From Deltaproteobacteria bacterium HGW-Deltaproteobacteria-13 (GTDB lineage Bacteria > Desulfobacterota > Syntrophia > Syntrophales > Smithellaceae), in the NCBI GenBank assembly GCA_002840555.1, contig PHBJ01000004.1, positions 21,150-85,149 on the forward strand: DNA of 64,000 bases, in the 5' to 3' direction. The stretch's first letter is position 1, and the number at the start of each line of letters is the position of its first letter. The notes below the pieces were generated by a model. It saw nothing but the letters and a program-made list of their open reading frames with translations. It did not search any database and was not told the origin of the DNA. Shown here in pieces: positions 1 to 10,187 of the stretch. The position numbers and the translations under genes were made by a program.

Positions 1-1
1 A

Positions 2-157
2 TATTTTTATCTGCCTTTCCTGATTATTTCCCTGTACATTATGGTCATGATGTTGCGCGGCGAGTACAATAACAGGGAAAAATTGAAAATTTTATGCGGC
101 CTTAATATTGCCGTCAACCTGGGGACTTCCCTGTCTTACATTCTGGCGTACATTTAA
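2..157 (+). CDS. 3' end of a membrane protein, possibly UbiA/MenA-family prenyltransferase (partial)
   Basis: Open frame from the window edge (YFYLPFLIISLYIMVMMLRGEYNNREKLKILCGLNIAVNLGTSLSYILAYI*), hydrophobic; its TAA overlaps the next ATG (TAATG). Family call is inference. Confidence 0.45.
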   Translation, partial: YFYLPFLIISLYIMVMMLRGEYNNREKLKILCGLNIAVNLGTSLSYILAYI

Positions 158-1380
158 TGCACACAAAAAACAAAGTAAAATCTTTTTATAATCCGCCTTC
201 GCTCCTGCTCAAACAGATGGGCAGTTCCCTGTTGATGGGTTATCTCAACAACTGGCGGAAGTTCCCCGGATGGGGATTTAAATACGGTTTCAGATCCATA
301 CCCGTGGCCAACGGCGCCTGGGGGATGGGCTGTATCGGTTACCCGGGACACCCGGTCTGGGAAGTTACCGGAGCCTGTAATTTGAGATGTATCCATTGCC
401 ACGCTGTCAGCGGCAAAGCCGCCCCGGACGAATTAACGACGGATGAAGGCAAAAGACTCATTGACATGATCGCTTCCGTCAGCGAATTCAGGACGCTGGT
501 CTATACCGGCGGGGAACCGCTGGTCAGGCCGGATATTTTCGAATTGCTCAAGCATTCTCAAAAAGCCGGCCTGGCTAATATCGTTGCCACCAACGGCACC
601 TTAATCGATGAAGAAATGGCCTTCAAACTGAAGGACCATGGTGTTGTCTGCAATGCCATCAGCATTGACGCCGCCAATGCTGAAACACATGATTTTGTAA
701 GAAACAAGCCGGGGTCCTTTGATCTGATGAGGCGCGCGATTGAAGCCACAAAGAAAGCCGGCATCCTTCTGCAGATCAACACAACGGCGATGGAATACAA
801 CATACCGCACCTGCCGGAGATTATTGACTTTGCCGACAATTGCGGCGCAGGCATCATGCTGATGTATCAGCTGGTCGCCGTCGGCCGCGGAGAAAAAATT
901 GAAAAAGCCACTTTAAAGAAAAGCGCCAACAAAAATTTATGTGAACTTATTTCCAGCAAACAAAAAAATGCCAATACGATTATCGAACCGGTGGCCGGGC
1001 CGCAGTACTGGCCATACATCCTGGAGAAAAAAGGGATTAAAGAAGGTCTCGGACTTAAGCTTGCCGGCAAGGTATTTCATGGCTGCGCGGCCGGACGCGG
1101 CTTTGTCTACGTTAAAGCCAACGGTGACGTCTGGCCATGCCCCTTTGTGGAAATCAATGCCGGAAACATCAGGAATATGAGCTTTCAGCAGATCTATTCG
1201 GAATCGCCGGTATTTCAGAATTTACGCCGCCGGGAAGAAAAGTTAAAAGGCGTTTGCGGCGAATGCAATTATAAGACGGTTTGCGGCGGTTGCCGGGGAC
1301 GCGCTCTGGCCTACAGCGGAGACTATCTGGCGGAAGATCCCCGCTGCTTCATCCATGAGACTTCAAAGCATCACCCGTAA
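157..1380 (+). CDS. Radical SAM/SPASM domain protein (NirJ/Ahb-like)
   Basis: CNLRCIHC motif, YTGGEPL, and SPASM cysteines (CAAG...PCP...CGEC...CGGCRGRA...DPRC). Confidence 0.9.
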   Translation: MHTKNKVKSFYNPPSLLLKQMGSSLLMGYLNNWRKFPGWGFKYGFRSIPVANGAWGMGCIGYPGHPVWEVTGACNLRCIHCHAVSGKAAPDELTTDEGKRLIDMIASVSEFRTLVYTGGEPLVRPDIFELLKHSQKAGLANIVATNGTLIDEEMAFKLKDHGVVCNAISIDAANAETHDFVRNKPGSFDLMRRAIEATKKAGILLQINTTAMEYNIPHLPEIIDFADNCGAGIMLMYQLVAVGRGEKIEKATLKKSANKNLCELISSKQKNANTIIEPVAGPQYWPYILEKKGIKEGLGLKLAGKVFHGCAAGRGFVYVKANGDVWPCPFVEINAGNIRNMSFQQIYSESPVFQNLRRREEKLKGVCGECNYKTVCGGCRGRALAYSGDYLAEDPRCFIHETSKHHP

Positions 1381-1411
1381 AGCGAATTCATTCAGGACAA
1401 GGAGAATCAAT

Positions 1412-1795
1412 ATGAACACGATAGAAATCAATAAAGATCAATTCCGGGAAATGATAAAAAATCCCAATGACAAACCTGTCGTGATGCTCAATCTTCTGAA
1501 GTTCAAAAAAGAAGACGGCAAAAAATCTTATGTCCGTTATATCAAAGAAGCCGGCCGGTTTATAGAAGAGGTCGGAGGAAAACTTTTACAGCTCAGCAAA
1601 CCGAAAGAACTTTTAACCGGCACCGAAACATGGGATCTCTTGATGCTGGTTAAGTATCCGTCACGCAAGGCCTTCCTGCAGATGGTTAATAATCCGGAAT
1701 ATATGAAAATTCACAGCTTCCGCGAAGAGGCATTGGAGAATGCTGTTCTTTATGCCACCGATGAGATAACCTTGCATGATCTGGTTCAGGAATGA
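1412..1795 (+). CDS. DUF1330 family protein
   Basis: PVVMLNLLKF...WD..LVKYPSRKAF..M...EY...H..R..AL pattern; AGGAG RBS before ATG 1412. Confidence 0.8.
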   Translation: MNTIEINKDQFREMIKNPNDKPVVMLNLLKFKKEDGKKSYVRYIKEAGRFIEEVGGKLLQLSKPKELLTGTETWDLLMLVKYPSRKAFLQMVNNPEYMKIHSFREEALENAVLYATDEITLHDLVQE

Positions 1796-1846
1796 ACTGA
1801 ACAAGTCAATACGGATGGTCATTGGTAGAAGAGCTAAATAGATACT

Positions 1847-2407
1847 TTATTTCGCTACTTCTTTTTTGATTTTTTCTATATCCGCATTCTTAACATAGTT
1901 AATGATATTCGACCAAATCGCATGATACCCGTATCCGCCTTCAATCATTTCTTTTATGGCTTCGTCTTTCGACCACCCCTGCTCCACAATGCGATACATC
2001 GCGCTCATCAGCCCGGTTCTGTCCGCTCCATGCTGGCAGTGAATGAGAAACGGTCCGTTTTCTTTCTGTCTGATTATTTTTAAGACTTTAATAACGTCCT
2101 CGTCTTCGATGTGCCACGTTTTCACGCTTAATTCTTTATTCAGCAGCGCCGTGCCCTTCAGCGCGTCTTGATCGGAATGAAAGGCTCGAAGGTTAATAAC
2201 GGTTTTGATGCCCATTTTTTTTAAGTTGATCATCCCCTGGCTTGACGGCTGTTCGCTTCTGTAGAGGTTGGCATTTATTTTATGTAAATTACGCACCCCC
2301 GGCAATTGCATGGGAATTGCCCATTCCGAAGGACGATTGACTTCCGCCGCCATGGTAAGCGAACTGATAAAAATAATTAAAAGAACCGGTAACAGTTTTT
2401 TTAGCAT
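1847..2407 (-). CDS. Secreted tyrosine/dual-specificity phosphatase family protein
   Basis: HCQHGADRTG (CX5R) active site, LYRSEQP, GIKTVINLR; signal peptide; GGAGG RBS before ATG 2407. Confidence 0.88.
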   Translation of the reverse strand: MLKKLLPVLLIIFISSLTMAAEVNRPSEWAIPMQLPGVRNLHKINANLYRSEQPSSQGMINLKKMGIKTVINLRAFHSDQDALKGTALLNKELSVKTWHIEDEDVIKVLKIIRQKENGPFLIHCQHGADRTGLMSAMYRIVEQGWSKDEAIKEMIEGGYGYHAIWSNIINYVKNADIEKIKKEVAK

Positions 2408-2522
2408 AATCCTCCTTTCAAACATTTTTAAAATAGAATTTTTAGAACCTGCAAAATCATATGTCAAGGTAAAATACATTGAATAATCATAATTTTCTTG
2501 ATTCGTATTTTTTTATTGTGAT

Positions 2523-5423
2523 ATGTTGCCATTCATTATGATTGGTAGACTAAAAAAAATACCTTTCCCTTCCATAATCCTTATTACCGCTATCTGGTTT
2601 TTCTCGGCCCTTCCGGTTTTTGCGGCTGATGAAACCATTCCCCAAGACTTCGTTTCCATCTGCAACCGCACCGAAAAGGTCAGGATCGCGATTCAACAAG
2701 AAATAGCCTTTTTGCGATTTACATCCGGCATACAACGCGAGGTGCGATGTCATGCGATAAGCGCCTCCGAGCTGAAGAATATCGGATACCTTCAAATCAT
2801 CGAAAAAGAAGTTTCTTCGCTGAAGCCCGGAGATTTTGCCGGCCTTGATTCTCTCAAAACTCTTGATCTTGAGGGAAACAAACTCAGCCGTCTTGATGCT
2901 TCGACGCTCCTGGATTTGACCGCTTTGGAGAACCTGATTCTTGCCGGTAATCTTTTCAGTTCTCTGGGTAATGAGTTTACTGTTCTTCCCAATTTAAAGC
3001 GCGTTGATTTTTCCGGCTGTAAAATATCTTCAATTGCTCCAGGCACATTCTCAGGAAACCCGAAACTTGAAGCCGTTTTTCTTTCCGACAACAAGTTAAA
3101 AGAACTGCCTGAAGGAATCTTCCTGCAAAACCCTTCGCTTCAAATCGTCGATCTGGCAAGAAATCAGCTCAAACAGCTTCCATCCGCCTTCTCCTCTGAA
3201 AATGGCAAATTGCAGAGTTTAGATGTTTCCCAGAACATGATGGAAACTCTTGATCAAGTCCGATTCCCAAAGCTTCCAGGGCTTCGGGTAATCAATTTAT
3301 CGAATAACCCCGTTGAATATTCCGATCATCAGGACGCCTCCCTGAAAATCTTTGATCCTTCCGTTGAAGTCATCACTTCACAAAGCCATCCGGCAAAACT
3401 CAAGGAGGGCAATGCAGAGGATGCTGATTTGTTTATTCCGGATTCCGAAAACCATGTTTCCAAGGGGATCCAGAGGATTCGCCGTTTTGTGCGCAACCAT
3501 TGGCATCTGCCGATTGAGATTAAAATCTCTTTCTCTTCCCGTGGGCAGATGGATTTGAGAAATCCGGGGCTCAGAGCCCGGGAAGAGCGTCTGCTGCTGC
3601 GGCAACTGGAAAAAGTTCGTGAAGCTTACCGGAGGGCAGCCTTTGATTTCTTCGAGGTTAACATCAGTTTTGCGGCTCCGGAGTCGCAGCAAAAAGTACC
3701 GACGTTGAGTTTCGATAAAGAACATATCGGTCTTGTGATTATTCTTAAAAGCATATCCGGAGAATCAAATGTTTCCTCCTTTATCTCCGATGATCAAATT
3801 CTGGAATTATTAGCCGATAATTTCAGTCGAAGCCGTTCGATAGCCTGGTTCAAAAAAGAAGATCCTGAAAATCTGAAAGCGGCACTCAAACGTGATTTTG
3901 AGAAAGTAGCCGGCATCGATGATGAGCTTCGTTTTGATATCATTCGTCTTGATGATTTGATTGATACGGTTCTGGAAAGAATGAGAAGTGCCGATGAAAA
4001 GAACTTTTTTTCAAACTCCGAGCTTGTCGATGCGCGCTTTATCGAATTTCGTGTGATGCTGGCCTTTCAGAGACTGGAAAATACGCTGGCGCGCTGGAGA
4101 CTGGCCGAAAATGATTCCGGGTTTCCTTATCGTCCGGAAGCGCGGCTGCTTCTATCGGAAGCCTCCGAAGTTTACCGGACCTATCTGGACTGGTTTTTAA
4201 ATACGGTCGTCGGAGGCCGCGCAACGATCAATGTTTTAAATACGACATGGTATCATCGCAATTCGATCTTTAAGATACTTGATGCGGAAGTCCCGGCAGG
4301 ATTCTTTAACCTTGAAGGCCGCGTATCCTCCAGGATTCCCGGCGGCGCTATCCGGGATCTTTTGAAGAGCAGGCTCAGTCTTCCTCTCCTTCATTTTTTG
4401 CATGGCATGCGGTTTCTGGACGAAAAAGTTTCTGAAATTGATATGAAAGATTCTCCGCTCAGCCCGCAAATGATTCAGGCGACGGATCGGATTCGACGCG
4501 ATCGCCAATCGCTTGAACTCCATCAAATCTCTTACACGCGGGCCCTCAAGGAGCTTTGGGACGCGCGGATTAAGAACAGCGTGAAGTTCCCGCTCTATCA
4601 CGTGACGGCGGGAGTCGCCACCTGGATTGGGGACACGAGACTCTCCAATCCTTCTCCGGCCATTACCGACGAACAAATGGAAGATATGAAGTCCCGTCTG
4701 AAACCCGGCGACATCCTCATTGAACGCACCGATTATTTTCTTTCCAATGCCTTCTTAGGAGGCTTCTGGCCGCACGGGATTTTATACCTGGGTCCCAAGG
4801 AAGAATGGTCAAAAATGAAACTTCCTGACGGGACGACTCTTGCCGAAGACCCTTGGATTGCCGAACATATTCTGCAAAATTATCGTTCCGAAAAAGACAA
4901 TCGCCCGGCTCTTGTGATGGAAGCGATTTCTGACGGTGTGGTGTTTAATTCATTGGAAGAGGCTGCGCAGAAAGATTATATTGCAGTGTTCAGGCCTAAA
5001 TTCTCTCCCCTGGAACAGGAAGCAAAAATCGCCGGTATTATCAGGCGGGCGCTTAAATATCACGGCCGGCCTTATGACTTTGATTTCGATTTCTTCACTG
5101 ATGACAAACTCGTTTGTACGGAACTTCTGTACCGGGCTTATCATCCGGACATAAATTTTCTGATTCAAAAAGAAGCGATCCGGAAGCCTGATCCTCCCGT
5201 ACCCGGAATGATCAGAAAAGCGGGGCGCGATACCATGCCGGCCGGCGAAGTCGTAAAACTCGCTCTTTATATGCTGGACCACAAAGAACCTGATCCTTCA
5301 ATCGGATACGCAGGCCAGAACCTTGAATTTGTCCGTTTGTATATGAAGCAGGGCAAAGGCAAGCCGGCGCAGATTTTCGAAGGCGAGCAGGGAATTGAAG
5401 CCTTAAAACGTTCTCTAAGATAA
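2523..5423 (+). CDS. Secreted leucine-rich-repeat protein with C-terminal permuted papain-like NlpC/P60 (YiiX/YaeF-type) domain
   Basis: Signal peptide ending VFA; about 7 LRRs of 24 aa (LxxLxLxxNxL); C-terminal LKPGDILI...WPHGILYLG...EAISDGV...GRPYDFDF...LVCTELLYRAY with His before Cys. Confidence 0.8.
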   Translation: MLPFIMIGRLKKIPFPSIILITAIWFFSALPVFAADETIPQDFVSICNRTEKVRIAIQQEIAFLRFTSGIQREVRCHAISASELKNIGYLQIIEKEVSSLKPGDFAGLDSLKTLDLEGNKLSRLDASTLLDLTALENLILAGNLFSSLGNEFTVLPNLKRVDFSGCKISSIAPGTFSGNPKLEAVFLSDNKLKELPEGIFLQNPSLQIVDLARNQLKQLPSAFSSENGKLQSLDVSQNMMETLDQVRFPKLPGLRVINLSNNPVEYSDHQDASLKIFDPSVEVITSQSHPAKLKEGNAEDADLFIPDSENHVSKGIQRIRRFVRNHWHLPIEIKISFSSRGQMDLRNPGLRAREERLLLRQLEKVREAYRRAAFDFFEVNISFAAPESQQKVPTLSFDKEHIGLVIILKSISGESNVSSFISDDQILELLADNFSRSRSIAWFKKEDPENLKAALKRDFEKVAGIDDELRFDIIRLDDLIDTVLERMRSADEKNFFSNSELVDARFIEFRVMLAFQRLENTLARWRLAENDSGFPYRPEARLLLSEASEVYRTYLDWFLNTVVGGRATINVLNTTWYHRNSIFKILDAEVPAGFFNLEGRVSSRIPGGAIRDLLKSRLSLPLLHFLHGMRFLDEKVSEIDMKDSPLSPQMIQATDRIRRDRQSLELHQISYTRALKELWDARIKNSVKFPLYHVTAGVATWIGDTRLSNPSPAITDEQMEDMKSRLKPGDILIERTDYFLSNAFLGGFWPHGILYLGPKEEWSKMKLPDGTTLAEDPWIAEHILQNYRSEKDNRPALVMEAISDGVVFNSLEEAAQKDYIAVFRPKFSPLEQEAKIAGIIRRALKYHGRPYDFDFDFFTDDKLVCTELLYRAYHPDINFLIQKEAIRKPDPPVPGMIRKAGRDTMPAGEVVKLALYMLDHKEPDPSIGYAGQNLEFVRLYMKQGKGKPAQIFEGEQGIEALKRSLR

Positions 5424-5434
5424 TAGGAGATGCC

Positions 5435-6862
5435 ATGCGAAAATTTCTTGTTTTGTGTTTGTTCATGTTTTCCCTTTCGGCGTTTGCCTCTGACCTTCCG
5501 GAAAGAATTCCCTTGAAGAGTCCCACCCGGAGTTTTACGCATGAATTTGAAGTTTCAATCCTTGAGGGAAGGCTTTGGTACAGACCGAAGGCAACACCAG
5601 AGGCGGCTTCTCCCCAATGGAAATTACTCGGCGAAACGGGGCTGCCGGCTGATTCTTCATGGCATCTTTTTGGTTTAGGCAAGTTTGACTCCCCGGCCTC
5701 CATAGCTGAACTTTCAGCCGATGGTGACAACCTCATTGCCATCGGCAGCGATAGTTATGTATATTATATGAAATGGGGCACACGTAAGTGGATTAATAAA
5801 TGGGGGAAACCGTTTTCTGAAAAACTTCGGCTTCCCGAAAACATCCGTGACTGGTCCATCTCCCATCGAGGTCCCTTTTCCGGCGGCTATAATGACATTG
5901 ACGGCAATTTTCATCCGATTTCCGTAATAGGACATGGGGTCACAACATTATATGTCCTCAATGAAGACGGCCTGAATATTCTTTACGCCGATCCCTGGTT
6001 ACCGGCTGATTTTTCCCACCGGATTTGCGGTCCGTTGAAAAACCGTTTCAGAGCGCGAGCTCTTGCCGCCAGCGCTTCCACGATCTTCGTCATCAACGAT
6101 GCCGGAGAAATGTATACCCGTCTTGCCGACTACGATACCATGGGAAACAACCCGTTTCTGGACTACAGCTATGAGCGAAGAGTGCGTAATATTCCCCCCG
6201 AAAAAGACGTGCGCACCCTTCCTCCGGAGGAGTGGAAAAAACAACCATCCATCCCCAAACATCAGGGACAGATAACTTCCGCAATTACGATTCTGCAAAC
6301 AGGCAGGGAAAATGATTCCCGGGAACTCCGGGTTGAAGGTGTAAACACGCAGAGGGATCACGGTTTTTTTTCCAAGCCGATTAATGGCGAAACATGGATT
6401 TTTACCCAAACAGATTCGCCTCTTCAAAAACCACTTCTTTCCATCCGTGATGACGTTTCAGATTGGGGCCCGAATCTTGATCAGACGCTTACAGGATCTC
6501 TCCGGCTGGGATGGCTGTTTGAAACGCAGGAATATAATGTAAAACTCAAAAACTTTAATCCGCTGTGCTCGGGAGCAGCTCTGGCCGTTATACTGGGAGA
6601 GGAAGAGGCGGAATTTCCTTTCTTCACCACAACGTCCTCGTTGACAGCCCGCAAAATGGAAGGGGCCATTGTTCTTGCGGACGAAATCAAAGTAAAAGCC
6701 ACGAAAAACAAAGTGCTTCAGGAATTGATTAACAACATGTTCGGTGAAAGTTCTTTTATAAAAATCAAAGTAAAGATCGATAAGAGCGGCGCCGTTAAAG
6801 TGCGAAGCCATTCTCTTTTTTCGTTGTTTGGCAAAGTGAACATGGAATTCGCCGGCAAATGA
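5435..6862 (+). CDS. Secreted hypothetical protein
   Basis: 475-aa ORF, AGGAG RBS, Sec signal peptide (MRKFLVLCLFMFSLSAFA), 11 bp after the upstream gene. Confidence 0.75.
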   Translation: MRKFLVLCLFMFSLSAFASDLPERIPLKSPTRSFTHEFEVSILEGRLWYRPKATPEAASPQWKLLGETGLPADSSWHLFGLGKFDSPASIAELSADGDNLIAIGSDSYVYYMKWGTRKWINKWGKPFSEKLRLPENIRDWSISHRGPFSGGYNDIDGNFHPISVIGHGVTTLYVLNEDGLNILYADPWLPADFSHRICGPLKNRFRARALAASASTIFVINDAGEMYTRLADYDTMGNNPFLDYSYERRVRNIPPEKDVRTLPPEEWKKQPSIPKHQGQITSAITILQTGRENDSRELRVEGVNTQRDHGFFSKPINGETWIFTQTDSPLQKPLLSIRDDVSDWGPNLDQTLTGSLRLGWLFETQEYNVKLKNFNPLCSGAALAVILGEEEAEFPFFTTTSSLTARKMEGAIVLADEIKVKATKNKVLQELINNMFGESSFIKIKVKIDKSGAVKVRSHSLFSLFGKVNMEFAGK

Positions 6863-6868
6863 ATTCCT

Positions 6869-8026
6869 CTATTTTTTTATTAATAAATACAACTCTCCCT
6901 TTTCTTTGAGCGTGCCTGCGGTGTATTCCGCTTTTGTGCCAAACCCGCAGAAGATATCGACCCTGCCGGAGCCCTTAATGGCATTGCCTTTATCCTGACT
7001 CAGCACAAACCGGGAGAAATCAATTCTTTCTTTTGCATTGCCTTCCGAATCAAAAACCGGTTTGCGCAAGCGGATAAAGGCCAGCGCTCCCTCCGGGAAA
7101 TATTCCGGATCGGTGGCTATTGATCTGTCCGGAGTCACCGGTTCGCCCAAAGAGCCGACCGGGTCCTTGTCCAGAAAACGAAAGAACGTGTATCTTTCAT
7201 TGTGACTTAAAACATCATAAATTTCCTGATCGCTCTTCCCCCTTAAAAACTCATGACGATAAGTCGCTTCGCTGCTGCTTATCTTGCCGCCTTCCAGCAT
7301 GAATTTGGTCACACTGCGAAAAGGCCGGCCATTGGTTTGCGCGTAACCAACGGTCAGCATCGTCCCATCTTCGAGTTTAATTTTTCCGGACCCCTGGATA
7401 TGAAGGGAAAACAATTCCACGGGATCCGACACCCAGATAAGCTCCAGATTCTTTCCCCGTAAAACGCCATCGACATCGATTTCATAGCGGCTATAGTATG
7501 GAATAAATTTACCGTCCTTCATCAGACCGACCTTGTTTTCTTTTTTTATCAAATCAGACGGCGTCCGATAAAGGGGATACTTGTATTTTTCGGTGCGTTG
7601 GAGGGATCCTTCCAGCAACGGCTCATAATAACCGGTAAAAAGCACACTGCCCGTGGTATCCGGACCGGCAACACGGTAAACGTTAAATTCCGCGGTAATT
7701 TTTTTTCTCCAATCAGCGCCGTCGCCCGCTACAGGCAGAAGGGAACGAAACGCGATCAGCGTTTCCTTTAATTGCTGAGCGCTGATTAATCTGTCCGCAA
7801 TTCTGTAAACCTTACCCCGCCCCGCTTTTTCATAATAATGAATGCTGCGATCAATCGCCGGTTTCAGCGATTCAGGATCAAGATCATCCTGGAAATCAAT
7901 ATCAGCGGCGGAAACGGGAGTAAATGTTTCGTGAGGTTTTACAGAAGCTTTCGGAACGGCGCGGAGGCACCCGCTGAGAAAAGCAACGATTACAATGAAC
8001 AGATAAAGGTTACGCCGGCATCTCAT
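6869..8026 (-). CDS. mltA: Membrane-bound lytic murein transglycosylase A
   Basis: Lipobox FLSGC; FTGYYEP, LHIQGSG, SQDKGNAIKGSGRVDIFCG (3D domain). Confidence 0.92.
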   Translation of the reverse strand: MRCRRNLYLFIVIVAFLSGCLRAVPKASVKPHETFTPVSAADIDFQDDLDPESLKPAIDRSIHYYEKAGRGKVYRIADRLISAQQLKETLIAFRSLLPVAGDGADWRKKITAEFNVYRVAGPDTTGSVLFTGYYEPLLEGSLQRTEKYKYPLYRTPSDLIKKENKVGLMKDGKFIPYYSRYEIDVDGVLRGKNLELIWVSDPVELFSLHIQGSGKIKLEDGTMLTVGYAQTNGRPFRSVTKFMLEGGKISSSEATYRHEFLRGKSDQEIYDVLSHNERYTFFRFLDKDPVGSLGEPVTPDRSIATDPEYFPEGALAFIRLRKPVFDSEGNAKERIDFSRFVLSQDKGNAIKGSGRVDIFCGFGTKAEYTAGTLKEKGELYLLIKK

Positions 8027-8481
8027 AGTTCCGCAATCATCGCTATTTCATCGCAATAATCAGGATACTTGGAGCAGCGGAAACAATCGGACCAGATTTT
8101 TTCCGGCAGCAAACTCCTGTCAATTTCCTTGAAACCTAATTGAATAAAAAATTCCTTCTTATATGTCAGCGTGAATACCTTAAAGAGGCCCAGGGTAATG
8201 GCTTCGGAAATACAGGCTTCGACAAGTTCCCTGCCGATTCCTTGCTTGCGATAATTTTCATCCACGTACAGAGAGCGAATTTCCGCAAGGTTTTCCCAGA
8301 TGATATTCATGGCGCAAATACCGATAACCTGCAATTCGTCATCATGATAATAAACAAAAAAATCCCGCAAAGAATTATAAATATCCATAAGAGAGCGCGG
8401 CAACATCTCACCCTTCCCCGACGACAAATTAATCATGCGGTGAATAGTTTTTACATCATCGATGCGCGCTTTCCTCAGCAT
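8023..8481 (-). CDS. GNAT N-acetyltransferase (short ArgA-like amino-acid acetyltransferase)
   Basis: MLPRSL..IY..LRDF, LAEIRSL, GIGRELV, LPEKIWSDC..C..CDE. Confidence 0.85.
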   Translation of the reverse strand: MLRKARIDDVKTIHRMINLSSGKGEMLPRSLMDIYNSLRDFFVYYHDDELQVIGICAMNIIWENLAEIRSLYVDENYRKQGIGRELVEACISEAITLGLFKVFTLTYKKEFFIQLGFKEIDRSLLPEKIWSDCFRCSKYPDYCDEIAMIAEL

Positions 8482-8507
8482 TTTCCTTCTCCTGCATTAC
8501 TGAATTT

Positions 8508-10187
8508 TTACAATCTGGAACGATGGAGCATCTCCCGGGCATGCTCCCTTGTCTTTTGAGTGACATGGACGCCGCCAAGCATGCGGCTGATCTCTTCAAT
8601 TTTCTGTTCGCTGTCCAGTTCTTCCAAAGACGTGACGGTTCTTCCTTTAACAACCTTTTTGGAAACATACATATGTTTATCCCCGAAACAGGCGATTTGC
8701 GGCAAATGCGTAATACAGACCACCTGATGGTTGGCGGACACCTCTTTTAACTTTCGGCCGACAATCTCCGCCACGGCCCCTCCGATACCATTGTCCACCT
8801 CGTCAAAAATGATTGAGGACACGGAACCGGTACGCGATAAAACATTTTTTAAGGCGAGAATGATTCTCGACAACTCCCCGCCGGAGGCCACCTTGCTTAA
8901 GGGTTTGGACTCTTCGCCTTTATTCGCCGTGAGATAAAATTCAATTTCGTCAATTCCTTTCGGCCCAAAAGATTCAGCGGCGTCATCAACACCTTTCGCA
9001 AAATGAACAGAAAAAGATGCGTGCGGCATATTGAGCGCCTGTATTTCTTTGTCCACCGCATCCTGTAATTTCTTCGCCGCCTGCCTTCTTACTTGAGAGA
9101 GTTTGAGCGCGTTTTGCCGTAAGCGATCTTTAACTTTTTCTTCCTCCTGGGCCAGTTTTTCCAATTCTTCTTCGACGGAAAATACGGTTCTCAGGTATTC
9201 CTCTATTTCCTGTTTCCGGTGCTGGACACCTTCCAAAGAACCGCCGTACTTCCGTTTGAGACGGTTTAACTGCTCAAGCCGTTCATCGATCACCGCGAGC
9301 CGCCCGGAATCGAAAAAAAGATTTTTGCCGTAATCACGCAGTTGCAGCGCCGCTTCCTGAAGCGTAATAAAACTGCTCTCGATATCCGCTTCGGCAATGT
9401 GTAAATTCGTATCTATTTTTCTTATTTCTTTTATCTGATTCTGAACATCCTTTATTTTGACAATGGCGGAATCCTTTTCGCCGTAAAGCAAATCATAGGC
9501 ATTCCCCGCCCATCCGGACAGTTTTTGAACATTAACTAAAATCTTTTTTTCATCGGCCAGCAACGCATCTTCCGACGGTTGCGGATTAACATCCTGAATT
9601 TCTTTTAACTGAAATTTAAACAAATCGGCTTTTTCTTCCCGGCTTTGACTTAAATTTTTTAATTTTTCTATCTGAGTTCTGATCTGCTGGTATTGATCAT
9701 AAATTTCCGCATAATCGGATCTGGCCGCCAGGCAGCCGCCAAATTCATCCAGAATGTCGATATGGTTTTCGGCGTTAAGAATTACCTGGTGCTCATGCTG
9801 ACCGCAGATATTAATCAGCAATTCGCTGACGGCTGCTAAATTGGACAGAGTCGCCATTTGCCCGTTGATAAACGCTTTATTTTTACCCGCATGCGAAATC
9901 ACGCGGCGAATAAGCAATTCATCCGCCGCCGAAAAGCCCATCGCGGCTATTTTATCCTGTAATGGCTGATTTGCGGAGATATCAAAGAGGGCCTCCACCG
10001 TTGCCGTATCGGCTTGAGTTCTGATCATGTCGGCTGTCGCTCTATCGCCCAGCAGCAGACTAACCGCGCCGATAATGATTGATTTTCCCGCGCCGGTTTC
10101 GCCGGAAATAACATTCAGGCCTTCACCAAAAGAAACATGGAGTTCATCAATGATGGCAAAATTTTTAATGCTCAATTCATTAAGCAT
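8508..10187 (-). CDS. recN: DNA repair protein RecN
   Basis: LSIKNFAII, Walker A GETGAGKS, ASGGELSR, IFDEVD, CITHLPQIA; start reassigned to ATG 10187. Confidence 0.97.
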   Translation of the reverse strand: MLNELSIKNFAIIDELHVSFGEGLNVISGETGAGKSIIIGAVSLLLGDRATADMIRTQADTATVEALFDISANQPLQDKIAAMGFSAADELLIRRVISHAGKNKAFINGQMATLSNLAAVSELLINICGQHEHQVILNAENHIDILDEFGGCLAARSDYAEIYDQYQQIRTQIEKLKNLSQSREEKADLFKFQLKEIQDVNPQPSEDALLADEKKILVNVQKLSGWAGNAYDLLYGEKDSAIVKIKDVQNQIKEIRKIDTNLHIAEADIESSFITLQEAALQLRDYGKNLFFDSGRLAVIDERLEQLNRLKRKYGGSLEGVQHRKQEIEEYLRTVFSVEEELEKLAQEEEKVKDRLRQNALKLSQVRRQAAKKLQDAVDKEIQALNMPHASFSVHFAKGVDDAAESFGPKGIDEIEFYLTANKGEESKPLSKVASGGELSRIILALKNVLSRTGSVSSIIFDEVDNGIGGAVAEIVGRKLKEVSANHQVVCITHLPQIACFGDKHMYVSKKVVKGRTVTSLEELDSEQKIEEISRMLGGVHVTQKTREHAREMLHRSRL

